In this document: in pieces, positions 22,547 to 35,165 of the stretch
Layout: every line of letters begins with the position of its first letter
Position numbering within the stretch: position 1 is the stretch's first letter
Origin: Eledone cirrhosa
Lineage: Eukaryota
DNA: 64,000 nt
NCBI GenBank assembly: GCA_964016885.1
Contig: OZ024757.1
Span: 39,246,001 to 39,310,000, forward strand
Direction of reading: 5' to 3'
Program-made: the position numbers and the translations under genes
The notes under the pieces: generated by a model
What the model saw: the letters and a program-made list of their open reading frames with translations, nothing else
Database searches by the model: none
What the model was told of the DNA's origin: nothing

Positions 22547-22636
22547 GTGAGTACAGTACATCACATTATATTTTCTTCTTCTCCTTCTTCTTATTATTAT
22601 TATTCTAAATGTATTTATATCTATATCTGTATATAT

Positions 22637-22669
<33 letters not shown>

Positions 22670-23148
22670 AATATATTTAATACATTAACAGAGAAAGCTT
22701 TAAGCAATACTCCGACCGACTAGCGTCTCACTCAACAAACATTAGGATATACCTTAGTATAATCTCAGTTATACGTTTGGGGTGCTAACTATACGTATTT
22801 TGCGGATAGCCAGTTGTATTATTTTATATGAGACATAATTAAAATACATCTCTTTCCAAACGATCGTTTCATTATAAGTTTTCTACAAATTGGGAAAATA
22901 ATGTCCAGGTTATGTAGAAGCCTACACATAGTCCGTAGGAATATATGTAGGTGGGCACTTATAAATCATTAGTGGATGCCCGACAAATATCGATTAAAAA
23001 AACCTTACCGATATTAACGTTCAGCGATGGTACCCCTTCGTGCTAGAATGACCGCCAAATTTGAAATCCCAGCAGTCTCACAATGAGAAATCGCACACTG
23101 CCATCAAGCGGAAGGGGAGGTCATCGCAAAACGTAAAAAAATAAAATA

Positions 23149-23216
<68 letters not shown>

Positions 23217-23350
23217 ATTAGAAAGTGAACAACAGAAAATATAACTACTCCATTACCAAAGGTTTCTGGATCCCAGACAATATTAATATACGTTTGGATC
23301 GGTCGTTAGACCGATGTTATGGATAAGAAATATGTTCATATTTTTTATCC

Positions 23351-23432
23351 ATAACATTTCTGTCTGATGACAGATCCAGACGTATATTAATATTGTCTGG
23401 GATCCAGAAACCTTTGGTAATGGAGTAGTTAT
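23351..23432 (+). ncRNA. Type I hammerhead ribozyme motif within fold-back element 23213-23520
   Basis: CTGATGA 23364-23370, stem II gatc-cagac/gtctg-gatc, GAAA 23407-23410, stem III ACC/GGT, GTA site at 23419, wobble-rich stem I. Confidence 0.65.
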
Positions 23433-23532
23433 ATTTTGTGTTGTTCACTTTCTAATTAAATAGCTCTGTTCTATACATAGAGCACTCTTTTTCCCTTTGC
23501 TTTTCCTTCGGAATTACCTAACACACACACAT

Positions 23533-23566
<34 letters not shown>

Positions 23567-23666
23567 TCTAGCTGGAGTTGCAATTGATAGAGAGTATTAG
23601 CAATAGGAAAGGACAACGGAAACATCGTTTCCTCGGTCTGATTTGACGAAAGTCGATCGACTGTCT

Positions 23667-23709
<43 letters not shown>

Positions 23710-23751
23710 ATAAGAAACGGAGAATCAGTGTTGCGATGAATAAAATGTATT

Positions 23752-23848
23752 AGACATATTACAATCGTTTCTCTGGCGACCAGCTCGAGTCACGATCGAT
23801 GTAATGATCGAACCTGACTCTGAAATTGCAAGGTCCTCGGATACGTCT
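23752..23848 (-). ncRNA. Degenerate type I hammerhead with long stem II
   Basis: Minus strand: AGACGTAT-CCGAGGA-(~60 nt structured)-GAAA-C-GATT-GTA-ATATGTCT. Stem I has 8 bp and the core carries a U4C change. Confidence 0.5.
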
Positions 23849-23892
23849 CGATTCTACTAAGCAGAGTTTCCAAATGTATATATATATATATT

Positions 23893-24440
23893 CTAGGGCG
23901 GGTAAAATTCCCGAGATCCATGGACGAGTTCTCTCCAGCGGTCTCTGTCCCTCATTATCGCTGCCATGTCCTGCGTCTCCAACAGACAAGTGTCTGTTCT
24001 TAGGGCATCAACATAAGTTAACCCTGGACTTCCTCTTCCAGTGTGTCAATGTAGGTGCTCCCACATGAGCACTGAGTGAAATGTCAACTCCGGATGTCGG
24101 TGAGCATGTCCAGCTAAGCTCAGTCTCCTCTGTGTCACTTTTGAGCTGACTTTTGGGAGGCTCCCATACAGCTCTGAGTTCTTCATCCTCAGTGTATACT
24201 GATTAATGTTCAGAGCCATCCTCAGCATTCTCGTGTAACACCCATCCACTACAATGAAGGAGGCAGGGGAGTTGATGCAGGAGGTTGAGACTGTGTCGAT
24301 GAGTGTGAGGCTGAGAATGAATGAGACTAAAACAAAATATCTGGTGGAGAATGTTGAGAAGCCAAAGGGGATCACTAATGTAGGCGGGAAGCCGCGAGAA
24401 TTGGTTGAGGACTTTCTCTATTTGGGAGCAAAGATTGGGA
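23893..24440 (-). mobile_element. RTE-clade LINE family B insertion with inverted 5' segment
   Basis: 23893-24250 (-) encodes VDGCYTRMLRMALNI...ELYG.LP.VS..V.QRRL.LAGH..RH. 24251-24440 (+) encodes RLRMNETKTKYL...ELVEDFLYLGAKI, the RT region after YADD. Confidence 0.85.
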
Positions 24441-24714
24441 AATATATAAATATATATATATATATATACACACACACGACTTACACACTCCGCTGCCCCC
24501 TGTATCATCTGTGTGGAGTTCTAATACACTTGAGAGCAATTACATTCCGTCTTCTGTCACATGATTAATATATCCTCCACTCCTGTAAACATACACAGTG
24601 ACAAACGACAGAGATAAGCTAAAACGTCAATAAGATCTTAATGTTGTTGAAAGCGAGTAGATTTCTTTGATGTTAAGATGAGGGTGATTAGGGTTATAAT
24701 TAGCATCATTATCG

Positions 24715-25065
24715 CGGTGGTGGTGGTGATCGTGGTGTTGATGGTGGTGGTGGTGGTGATGGGAGTGGTGGTGGTGGTGATGGTAGTGGTGGTGGTGGCG
24801 GAGGTAGTGTTGGTGGTGGTGGTGGTGGTAGTTGAGGTATTGGTTGTGGTGGGGGTGGGGGTGGGGTGGCATTAGTGGTGGTTGTAATGGTGGGGGTGGG
24901 TGACAGTCAGGATAACGGTGAGGAGAAAGATGAAGGAAAGGATGAGGAGGATGTGGTAGTGATGCTGATGTAGTAGTAGTAGTAGTAGTAGTAACAGAAG
25001 TAGTAGCAGGAATAACATTAGTAGTAACAACAACAGCAGTAGAGAAGTAGTAGTAATAGCATCAA

Positions 25066-25100
<35 letters not shown>

Positions 25101-25303
25101 GCAACAGCAGCAGTAACAGTAGAAGTGGTAGCAATAGTAGTACCAACAGCTGCAGCAATAGTAGTAGTAGTAATAATAGCAGTAGTAGTAGTAGTAGTAG
25201 CAGTAGTAGTAGTAGTAGTAGCAACATCAGTAGTCACAGTAGTAGCAATAGTTACAGTTGTAGTAGTAGTAGCAACAGTAGCACAACAGCAGTAGCAGTA
25301 GTA
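24715..25303. repeat. (GGT)n and (AGT/AGC)n trinucleotide repeats
   Basis: Directly visible. Confidence 0.9.
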
Positions 25304-25794
25304 AAAATAAAGACCCTTACTCTAATGTATGTTTATAAAAATACATTTAAAAATAAAATAAAGAAAAACAGTCATTGATTATCTCGATAGTAGCAAAGTT
25401 CCCTCGGAAGAAATTGGATTAGATTTAAATCGATTTTTCCTGTCACATACCGTCTCTAGCAATAATTGGGATTATATTCCGAACAGCTGAAATCACAAAA
25501 ATGAGATACTGAGAATGAAAAGATAGCAAGCTAGGATATAAGTTACATATCTTATGTCCAGAATGTACAAGGCTAAATAAAACCCCATAAATATCCGATA
25601 ATTTCCTGCATGGACTATCATATCAATTGACAATATATATATATATATTAATTCAAAATATTAACAAAATAGATATTCTTGTGACCAAGTATATTTTTTT
25701 ATACATAGTTTCAACAGTACGTCCTCATTAGATAAAATAAGATGATGCATGACATACCCTGACATAGTAGATGGTTAAGATTCAGTCATGGTAC

Positions 25795-25861
25795 TATTTT
25801 ATCTGATGAGGACGTACTGTTGAACTTATCTCAGTACCTCTGAAATATGTATAATAAAATA
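25795..25861 (+). ncRNA. Type I hammerhead ribozyme (family H1)
   Basis: TATTTTAT-CTGATGA-GGACGTACTG..CAGTACCTCT-GAAA-T-ATGT-ATA^ATAAAATA: perfect 8-bp stem I and intact core. Confidence 0.8.
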
Positions 25862-26138
25862 TACTTGATCACAAGAATATCTATTTTGTCAATATTTTGA
25901 ATTAATATTAATAAATCTGGAAAACATTCTGTTGAATGCTTCCAATCTATTGTAAAACTGATTCTTTGAATTATTCATTGAACCTTATTTAACTTTTAAA
26001 TATATATATATATAATTACAAGAAACGGAGCAAGCTGTGTGGTTACTGTAAACAAAGTTTAAGATGGTAATATGGACGAAACAAGAGAAGAAACCCTTCA
26101 TCAGCTGTTAACTGCAGATCATTGACGTTTCGGCGCTT

Positions 26139-26185
<47 letters not shown>

Positions 26186-27155
26186 AATGTGTCATTCGGG
26201 AGAAACCATGAGGAAGCGATGATTTCTCCCGAATGAAACAGTTCTAGTTCTGTTGACGCATTTCTATATTAAATATTTATACTCTGCTATGTATTGAGTA
26301 CCTTACTTACTGTGGTTACTCGGGATAAACTTATATATATATATAACTAGCTTAATATTCATAGTGAAAGGCCTTTAAAATATGTTTTCATAAACACACA
26401 GTATATTGGTAAATTTATAATACATACATTGATATGTTTATAGACTTAACCAAAAACCCCCAGGACTTACAAATTTATTGAGCATGCAGACAATAGCTGT
26501 GATAGACACTGTACACATTTGACGAAGAGTCATCTCAATACAATAGAAATATATAACATCATAATCAACACTGCATATGCCCAAGACACGCAGAACTGTG
26601 CTCGGTAATGCAGTAACAATATACAATAAAAATAAGACTAATAATAATAGGTTAGGTAGTTTGCCATTGAAACCAAACACGAACAAATGTATAATCTTAA
26701 AGAGAACAACGTAGTAAAACCACTGGAGATAGGTTTCACCATTTTGTTACAAATTTCGCTGAGGAAACAAAGCTAGGATATTCAGATAAATCTCACGGTA
26801 TGCTATAAAATGAAATATATACAATGATCATAGAATTATTACATAGAAGGGCTCCACCAGATAGCTCACAATACATTTGATATGGTTTTCTATGAGAAAA
26901 CGCACAAAGGTTGTCGCTCCAGCAGTAGTAGTTTTTGAAGTAGTGGTGATAGTTGTTGTTATGGTAATATTAATAGTATAGTAAAGTTGATGGTAGTAGT
27001 TTTAGTGATGGTGATATCAAATTTCTATACTGATATGGAAATGCTAGCTTAAAACTTACGGAATTATACCAACTTAGATGTTGAAATATAAAAAACACAT
27101 TGTATGTTATAGAAAGAGCCATATGTATGTAAATATTGTGATCTGAGTCGGGAAT

Positions 27156-27254
27156 GCTCGATTATATAAATAGGAGGTGTATGACAAAGCTCGATTATAT
27201 AAATAGGAGGTGTATGACAAAGCTCGATTATATAAATAGGAGCTGTATGACAAA
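27156..27254. repeat. 33-bp tandem repeat x3
   Basis: Unit gctcgattatataaataggaggtgtatgacaaa. Confidence 0.9.
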
Positions 27255-27526
27255 GATGTTATTTATTGAGACCTGGAAAACCATTATTCAACTTAGAACT
27301 CTATACGTGGGAAAGTAGAATGTAGATTGTATTGTTATACCTGCAATCTACAACACTCAAAGTATGGATTACTCAATTGAATAATGGTCATACTAGTCAT
27401 GTTTGTCTGCTGGTTTTCCTAAAGAAACAACTTGCTCAAGCTTCAGCTATGAAAACATCAATTCTATGCGTTCCCTTATCATTCTCCTCAATTTGTATTT
27501 TCTCATTTTCCCCGTTCTTTTTGTTT

Positions 27527-27834
<308 letters not shown>

Positions 27835-27874
27835 CGATATTAACAAATGGAAACTATATTTATAAAACCATATT

Positions 27875-27939
27875 TATTTCATTATACATATTTCAAGGAC
27901 ACCAAGTTAAATTATGGTGTGCTTTCATCAGATAAAATA
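27875..27939 (-). ncRNA. Type I hammerhead (family H2), inverted copy
   Basis: Reverse complement of 28018-28082. Confidence 0.75.
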
Positions 27940-28017
27940 TAATATAGAGCAGTTTTATAAATAAATATTGGCATACCCTTAAAGAATGCAACCATTACTG
28001 TTGGAAGCTCCCGGATA

Positions 28018-28082
28018 TATTTTATCTGATGAAAGCACACCATAATTTAACTTGGTGTCCTTGAAATATGTATAATGAAATA
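28018..28082 (+). ncRNA. Type I hammerhead (family H2)
   Basis: TATTTTAT-CTGATGA-AAGCACACCA..TGGTGTCCTT-GAAA-TATGTATA^ATGAAATA. Confidence 0.78.
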
Positions 28083-28212
28083 AATATGGTTTTATAAATA
28101 TATTTTCCATTTGTTATTATCGTATTTTTACTCCAATTATTTGTTGAGTGCTTTATACCAGTTATAAAAATATTTGCTTGTTGTGTCCCAACAATTTAAA
28201 TAGAACTTTTAC

Positions 28213-28244
<32 letters not shown>

Positions 28245-28371
28245 GTTATATTTAATTTGTTGGGATACAACAAGCAAAATATTTTTATAACTGATATAAA
28301 GCACTCAACAAATTATTGAAGTAAATATACAATATATTAACAAATGGAAACTATATTTATAAAACCATATT

Positions 28372-28437
28372 TATTTCATTATGCATATTTCAAAGGCCAC
28401 CTAAGCAAACTATGGTGCGCTTTCATCAGATAAAATA
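28372..28437 (-). ncRNA. Type I hammerhead (family H2), third copy
   Basis: Minus strand: TATTTTAT-CTGATGA-AAGCGCACC..GGTGGCCTTT-GAAA-TATGCATA-ATGAAATA, with palindromic stem III TATGCATA. Confidence 0.72.
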
Positions 28438-28694
28438 TAATATAGGTTAGTTTTATAAATAAATATTGACATACCCTTAAAAAATGCAACCATTCTGGTT
28501 GTAATCTCCAGGATAGTGGAGTTATTAGATTTATTGTTGGTTTATTATGCAAATTAGTGTTGGAAAGGTTTTAAAAAAATGATATATATAATAGGAGAAG
28601 ACTGGAGGTTTGGAGGGTTATATCCGTAGTAGTAGGGCACTCAGTCCATCGGATGAGTTTGGTAGAAATAATTCCACAACAGTTAGTTCACCAT

Positions 28695-28737
28695 ACCGAG
28701 AACAAATGTTTCACCTTATGCGGATCTTCAGCTCGGT
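28695..28737 (-). ncRNA. Minimal type I hammerhead in fold-back element 28590-28800
   Basis: Minus strand: ACCGAG-CTGAAGA-TCCGCATAAGGT-GAAA-CA-TT-TGTT^CTCGGT. Stem II is weak. Confidence 0.55.
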
Positions 28738-28973
28738 CTGACGATCGGCTTATGGTGAAATATTTGTTCTCGGTATGGTGAACTAACTGTTGTGGAACTA
28801 CTTCTCTTCACCTTTTTCCTCTCTCTCTCTCTCTCTCTATAATGGATGATTCTCTAGTGAGATTATAGTAGTTGCATTTAGTCTATGTTTATATCATGTT
28901 ATATAATTTTCTTCTTGAATTGTCTGCAATATTTTCTTTTACTATTTTCTTTGTTTCTCTGAATCTTCTCCAG

Positions 28974-29141
28974 GACGTTGAAACAATAGATATGGAGGAC
29001 TTCAAACACAACTTTGTGAATTTGACCGGATTTCGAATTGTGGACCCGGATAACAGCTATACAAACAAAATAATGAGGGACATGGAGATATACGAAATAC
29101 AAACTGATTTACAGCTTCTCAACAAAAGTGGATCCATGTCT
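28974..29141 (+). CDS. GRIK: Kainate-type iGluR, ATD exon
   Basis: Polypyrimidine tract plus ccag, donor gtaagt. Encodes DVETIDMEDFKHNFVNLTGFRIVDPDNSYTNKIMRDMEIYEIQTDLQLLNKSGSMS, with the VNxTGFRI motif. Confidence 0.93.
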
Positions 29142-29153
29142 GTAAGTATATGA

Positions 29154-29199
<46 letters not shown>

Positions 29200-29254
29200 T
29201 CCCCATGTATCGAGTACTCACATGATTAGTGGTCTCCTCAATCTCAGCATCAAA

Positions 29255-29293
<39 letters not shown>

Positions 29294-29519
29294 ACGATCA
29301 GAAGTTGTGTGTTTCTTCCATCCTGCTTTTTACTTCACTGATTGCTAATCAGTGACTATACTGTAAAACCTTGTTTTGATTTTTTTCGACTGTGACAATA
29401 CTTGTCTTCCATACATTCACGCTTAAACACTGACTATTAACCTCCATGCCATTCGAACTCTCCTATACCCCATTCTCTCCTCCCCCTTTTTTCGTGTGTG
29501 ACTCTACTATGAGTATACA

Positions 29520-30357
29520 CAATGTACACTATTGAGTCTAGACATAAACAGACTCATTAACTGCTTAATGAACACAACCACAGGGATATGGTCCGAACGT
29601 GGAAGAGACGAACACCTACTGTCATCCTCTCTCTCTCTCGCCTTCCCCATCTCTCTCTCTCTCGCCTTCCCCATCTCTCTGTATGGTGAGCAAACAGGGT
29701 CCCAAGTTCTGGCCTCCCCACAGCCTCGGCGGATAGAATGGAGAAGACGTTTCCCCGGAAGATGGTAATGGAGATGCGCTGGAAGGGCCATTCCAAATCG
29801 TGAGGGTCACACCTGCGTCTGGCCAGCTCAGCGCCTATGGTGGTGAGTGGGGAGGTAGCCCTAGGGCCAAAAACACCATAAGTCTCCACTGCTACAGGTA
29901 GCCAGCTCAGGGCCTATGGTGGTAAGTAGGGAGGTAGCCCTAGGACCAAGGACACCAGAAGTCTCCACTCCGAGGGGTAGCCAGCTCAGGGCCTATGGTG
30001 GTGAGTAGGGAGGTAGCCCTAGGGCCAAAAACACCATAAGTCTCCACTGCTACAGGTAGCCAGCTCAGGGCCTATGGTGGTAAGTAGGGAGGTAGCCCTA
30101 GGACCAAGGACACCAGAAGTCTCCACTCCTAGGGGTAGCCAGCTCAGGGCCTATGGTGGTGAGTAGGGAGGTAGCCCTAGGGCCAAGAACACCAGAAGTC
30201 TCCACTCCTAGGGGTAGGCAGCTCAGGGCCTATGCTAGTAAGTATGGAGGTAGCCCTAGGGCCAAGGACACCAGAAGTCTTCATTGCCAAGGGCACAAAC
30301 GCGAACCTGTCGGAGAGATACCGGTACTTGGAGAGTTTGGCTTCCTCAGCCCCTCTA
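29520..30357 (-). mobile_element. CRE-clade non-LTR retrotransposon 3' end (RLE domain plus 3' UTR) with internal 79-bp tandem array
   Basis: Minus strand: GAEEAKLSKYRYLSDRFAFVPLAMKTSGVLGPRA...IGAELARRRCDPHDLEWPFQRISITIFRGNVFSILS, matching the K..KY...F.P.A.ET.G..G...FQRISI.I.RGN signature. Units start at 29822, 29901, 29980, 30059, 30138 and 30217. Confidence 0.8.
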
Positions 30358-30632
30358 CTGACCTTACCATATTGACCACCGTTTCTGCTGCATCAACGGT
30401 TTTCTTCCCTCGTAACTGTGTCTTCGGGTCTTCTCCTTCAACGACCTGCTCTGCTTTAATTAATTAATCAGACAGATTTCTCGCAATATATATATATTTT
30501 TTTATCTGTGTTTCAATAATGTGTGTGTATGTGTGTATATACATGTGTGTGTATGTGTCTGTATATATGTGTGTACATAGAGCTTCTGTACCTGACGTCT
30601 GCACTTTCTAAGGGAGAAAACATAGGAAGTTA

Positions 30633-30813
30633 TTGGCAGTATCGGTAGAGGGTCGGACGCTATGCTTTGCAACATAGTTATGTCCCTTTACGGACTGAGT
30701 TCAAATCCCGCCGAGGTTAACTTTATTTTATCGACCCCGTAAGGATGAAAGGCAAAGTACCAGTAATGCAGTGGGATAATTGCTGGCCTTGTGCGAAAAG
30801 TAGAAACAATTAT
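30633..30813 (+). mobile_element. SINE family A
   Basis: A-box tggcagtatcgg, B-box gagttcaaatcc, family tail. The core is internally rearranged. Confidence 0.85.
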
Positions 30814-31972
30814 CACAAAGTATGTGTTTTTATTTTCATTCGTCTTTGTTTAATTACCGCCGTGTCGTGTGTATTCTGCCGATTACTCTTCAATATATAA
30901 TCCATGTTAATATTGTCTCGTCTGCCGTGTTGGTTTCTGAGAGTGAATTAATTGTTTCTTTCTAGTTATCTCCTCACTTCATCTATCGAATTGTGTTTCC
31001 AATCTGTGTATGGTATGCAGCTAAATATAGATTTATTCTCGTATATATATATATGCATACTCACATTCGTATATATGCATACACACACATATATATATGC
31101 ATACACACACATATATATATGCATACGCATATTCGTATATATATATATATATATACGTACATAGACGATATATAATTAAATATATATATAATTATCTATA
31201 CGTGTGTATGAGTAGAGTTAGAGGGAGAAGCATTGTGTGTGTTAGAGAAAGTGTGTATATATATATATATACATATATATATACACATATATACATACAG
31301 AGAGAGAGGGGGAGAGAACTTTGATAGAAAAATATAAATATGTTTAATTCATAAATTATGAATAGAATTCATACAAGAAACTTTACCGTATTCTACGAAT
31401 GAATAGAATTTCTAACATCAATAAGAATCCTAACAACAAAAGAGAACAACAATAACTACAACAATAATAATGAACATAACAAACGGTAATAATATTTTGT
31501 TTTCTTTTGTGAATATGAAACCGTTTATCTAGAACTGATAATAAAATATATGAGACATAAGAAAAAATATATTAATTGAAGAAGAAACATCTAGAACATT
31601 GGAAGATAATCGAATGTACTTAATGAAAGAAAATTAGAATTCATCGATTATTTTTCCCTTTGTCTTCTGTGTGAGAATCTGATAGAGATACAGATTGGTA
31701 TGTGGAGGGGGTTAAGTGTAAAGCCTATTATTTTTTTAAATATAATATAATATACGTGTTGTTGTACTTTATTTTGTATTAGAAAACAGTCGTATTTGAG
31801 ATAGTGTATTGTACTAAATACTAACCCACCCCACCCCACCTCATACAATAAAAAACAAGAAGAAACGTATCATACAGAACAATTTGTTAGCTAACGTGGA
31901 AGTTTTACAATAATCACTTGGGTTACTTAGAAAGTATTATATTTAACACCCATATACCCCTTCATAGCGTAC

Positions 31973-32280
31973 ACTAGAATTTAAAAGAAACATAAGTGGC
32001 TATTTTGCAGGTTCCGGTAAAATAGACCACCAAGCCCTTTACGACCCGAGTTCAAATTCCACCGACGTTAGCACACATGTACTCTTTCAGATAGTAAACT
32101 AGAAGGTTAAAGAAAGGGAAGAGTCTATTTTCCAGGTCCCAGTAAATTGGACACCTAGCCCTTTACGACCCGAGTTCAAACCCCACCTAGATTAGCACAC
32201 ACATACTCCTTCAGATTGGAAACTAGATTTTAAAATAAAAGGAAGAGTTTATTTTGCTGGTCCCGGTAAAATAGACCCCG
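31973..32280. repeat. Diverged ~125-bp tandem repeat containing a SINE B-box segment
   Basis: actaga..aaa units at about 31973, 32098 and 32222. The first two carry ccctttacgacccgagttcaaa. Confidence 0.65.
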
Positions 32281-32396
32281 CTGCACTAGTTATTTTGCCG
32301 GTAACAGTGTCAGACACAGGGCTTCGATTTAATCATCTTTCTTCTCCTCCAAAATTGTTGCCGTTGTGACTAAACCGGAAACCATTATTAATACAA

Positions 32397-32536
32397 GTTA
32401 CGTCCCTTTACAGTCTGAGTTCAAATCCCGCCGAGGTTAACTTTGCCGTTCATCCTTACGGGGTCGATAGAATAAAGTACCAGTAATGTACTGGGTAATC
32501 GGTGGCCTTGTGCCAAAAAGTAGAAACAATTATTAT
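32397..32536 (+). mobile_element. SINE family A, 5'-truncated
   Basis: B-box, core and tail present. Confidence 0.85.
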
Positions 32537-32653
32537 GAAGTCAGGTAATTTTAAAACTAATAACACACAGATTTAACACAGAAGTTTATTTATTTGCACC
32601 ACTAGTTGTTAAGACAAATTAAACCCTACTTCTAGACATATCCCTAAAACTAC

Positions 32654-32712
<59 letters not shown>

Positions 32713-32759
32713 TTAAAACAATGAAATTAAACACAAAACTGTTAATTCATAGTAAAACA

Positions 32760-32898
32760 CATTATTTTACGATCGTTTCTGGGGGTAGTTCTCTGTATGT
32801 TCATTCAATTATTGATCTATGTAAAACATATTACTAAATATCATAGTGAGAAAAAAAAAATACATACGTCTTCACTAGCCGCCGTCTTCAGAAATATG
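32760..32898 (-). ncRNA. Candidate type I hammerhead with ~105-nt stem II insertion
   Basis: Minus strand: CATATTT-CTGAAGA-CGGCGGCTAG...CTACCCCCA-GAAA-C-GATC-GTA^AAATAATG, with palindromic ACGATCGT. Confidence 0.5.
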
Positions 32899-33643
32899 TC
32901 TTTTAAGAAAAGAAATGAGAGTTGTTAGTGTAAATGAGTTTAGGCATATTGTATATAAAAGTATTAATGGTCAAAGAAGATTACTGTTGGAGGAGAAGGG
33001 GTACTGAGATTAGTGTGTTACATCAAGTAGAATGGAATATATATATACTGATTAGTTCTTTCATTGTTTTGGTATTGTATGGTTGGGTTTTGCCTACCGC
33101 AATTTTCAATTTGTCAAGCCATTTAAACGTATGTTATTACTATAAGGACCTACTTTTATTGAGTGCTTTGCTACTCATTCCTTATTGTAGGTCGACTTTT
33201 CTTGGCCACAGCCAAAGCTTCGATTTTACTAAGTTTCCACTTGTATCTATCTATATATATATATATATAAGTAAAAAACAAAAAACAATAACAAAGTGTG
33301 CAGTACAAACAGTGTTAGGTTCACGCTTGAGAGTGAAGGGTGGGGACGACGTTTCGGGCCCTTCATGTGTACTAATATATATATATATATATATAGGAAA
33401 AAGTATGACTCCGACGGCAGAGCTCAAGCCGTTTCGACGAGTATTTCTGGACTAAATTAGAATTTTTAGCCTGGTGAATAAATAGCCGAACTTGTCAAGG
33501 GGGTACTTCCTTATATGGGAAAATTGTAGTTGTCAATATATCTATATATCTATATACACCAAACTCGTCCCATGGACTGAGTGCTCTACCAATACGAATA
33601 TCACCTTCCAGTGTTCTCTCTCTCTCTCTCGCTCTCTCTCTCG

Positions 33644-33676
<33 letters not shown>

Positions 33677-34543
33677 AAGAGGTGTGCCTGTGTGTATTTC
33701 CATACATGCATCATGCTAAGAGAAAGAAGGTGAGTTGGTATCGAAGCTGTGTTAATAGGAAGGTGGACTATTATAGAATCATATATATACATGCCTGGTT
33801 AGCTGCGTGGAATAATGATTGTATATAGACCAAGCGTAAAATGCAGAACTACATTGGGAATTCATATCAGAATTTATCATTAATCTAATTTCAATTCCAA
33901 TATCTATTTGAAATATCTGGTCCTATTTTATTGCATTCTGAATCTGATAATAGCTGAATAGTAATTTATATATGTAGAGAAAGACTGGTGTAGCTTTGAG
34001 ACTAAGAGGTGGCAATGTAGAATATAATCTTATCATCGTTGAAGTTGATATGTGTGGTGTGTGTGAGTTGGGAATTGTTATTGTTGTTTAAACCCAGATC
34101 ATCTCAGATAACCGAACTATATTACCAAGAAACGTATTTGTCCCCTTCTTTTGTGCCCCTGTGGCTAATAAAGAAACATATATTACCAACCAAGAAATAT
34201 TACGGTTGGTCGTCTCTCTCTCTCTCTCTCCCACGTTTTCGTTTTTAAATACATATTTTGTCGAGAATTATATTGTGGAGGCGTGATATTTGGTGGTAAT
34301 GTTGTTCGTTTTGTATTCGGAGGGTCGTGAGTTCGATTCCTGTCCGCCCCAGGTTGCACGTTGAGTCATTGAACAAGTCGGTTTATTTCGCGTTTTTCCG
34401 ATATGTCTAAGGACTTATCATCCTTTTCGAATGTATTAGATATCGAACAGAAAGCTGTTGTAGTAACTGGTCTTAATTATATTCAAACTCGTCCTGCGGG
34501 CTTCAGTTGCTATATAACTTAAGAAAATGTTTACCTACATATA

Positions 34544-34583
<40 letters not shown>

Positions 34584-34958
34584 CATTGACGAATGGTTAC
34601 TCCTTCATTAGGTTTATTGGTTGGTGACGCGTGTTTCGCTACTAATCAGCTCAAGGTTCGATCAGTATCAATCTAGCCTGACTCTGGAAACAAAAGCTCG
34701 TCGGACCTTTGTGGTAGTGATGACAGAATGAATATACACTATATATATATATATATATATATTAAAAACCAAACATTCTTCTGTCTAGATTCTTTTTTTC
34801 GTTTAATATATTGTCTAATGAGTATCGATTCCAGATTAGGTCCGATCGTGATCGATTGTATCCTGAGCTGATCGACGGCGAAACACGCGTCTCGGATTCA
34901 TTAAAATATGTACAAGATGCTAAAGAGATAATTCGGTCCCACATCATTATTATCATTA

Positions 34959-35165
34959 TTGGCAGAGTGTCGGACGCCATGCTTTGCCGCATAGTTACGG
35001 CCCTTTATGATCTGAGTTCAAATCCCGCCGAGGTTAACTTCGCCTTTCATCCTTACGGGGGTCGATAAAATAAAGTAGTCACGCACTGGGGTCAATTTCA
35101 TCGACTTTTCCTTCCCTCCAAAATTGCTGGCTTTGTGCTTATATAAGAAACAATTATTATTATTA
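34959..35165 (+). mobile_element. SINE family A, long-tail variant
   Basis: tRNA head, core, and an extra ggggtcaatttcatcgact segment. Confidence 0.85.

Noticed and set aside
24627-25237. Poly-His / poly-Thr / poly-Leu ORFs
   Set aside because: Trinucleotide microsatellites.
29822-30295. CRISPR-like or in-frame protein repeat
   Set aside because: Head-to-tail 79-bp units with no unique spacers, not a multiple of 3, and eukaryotic context.
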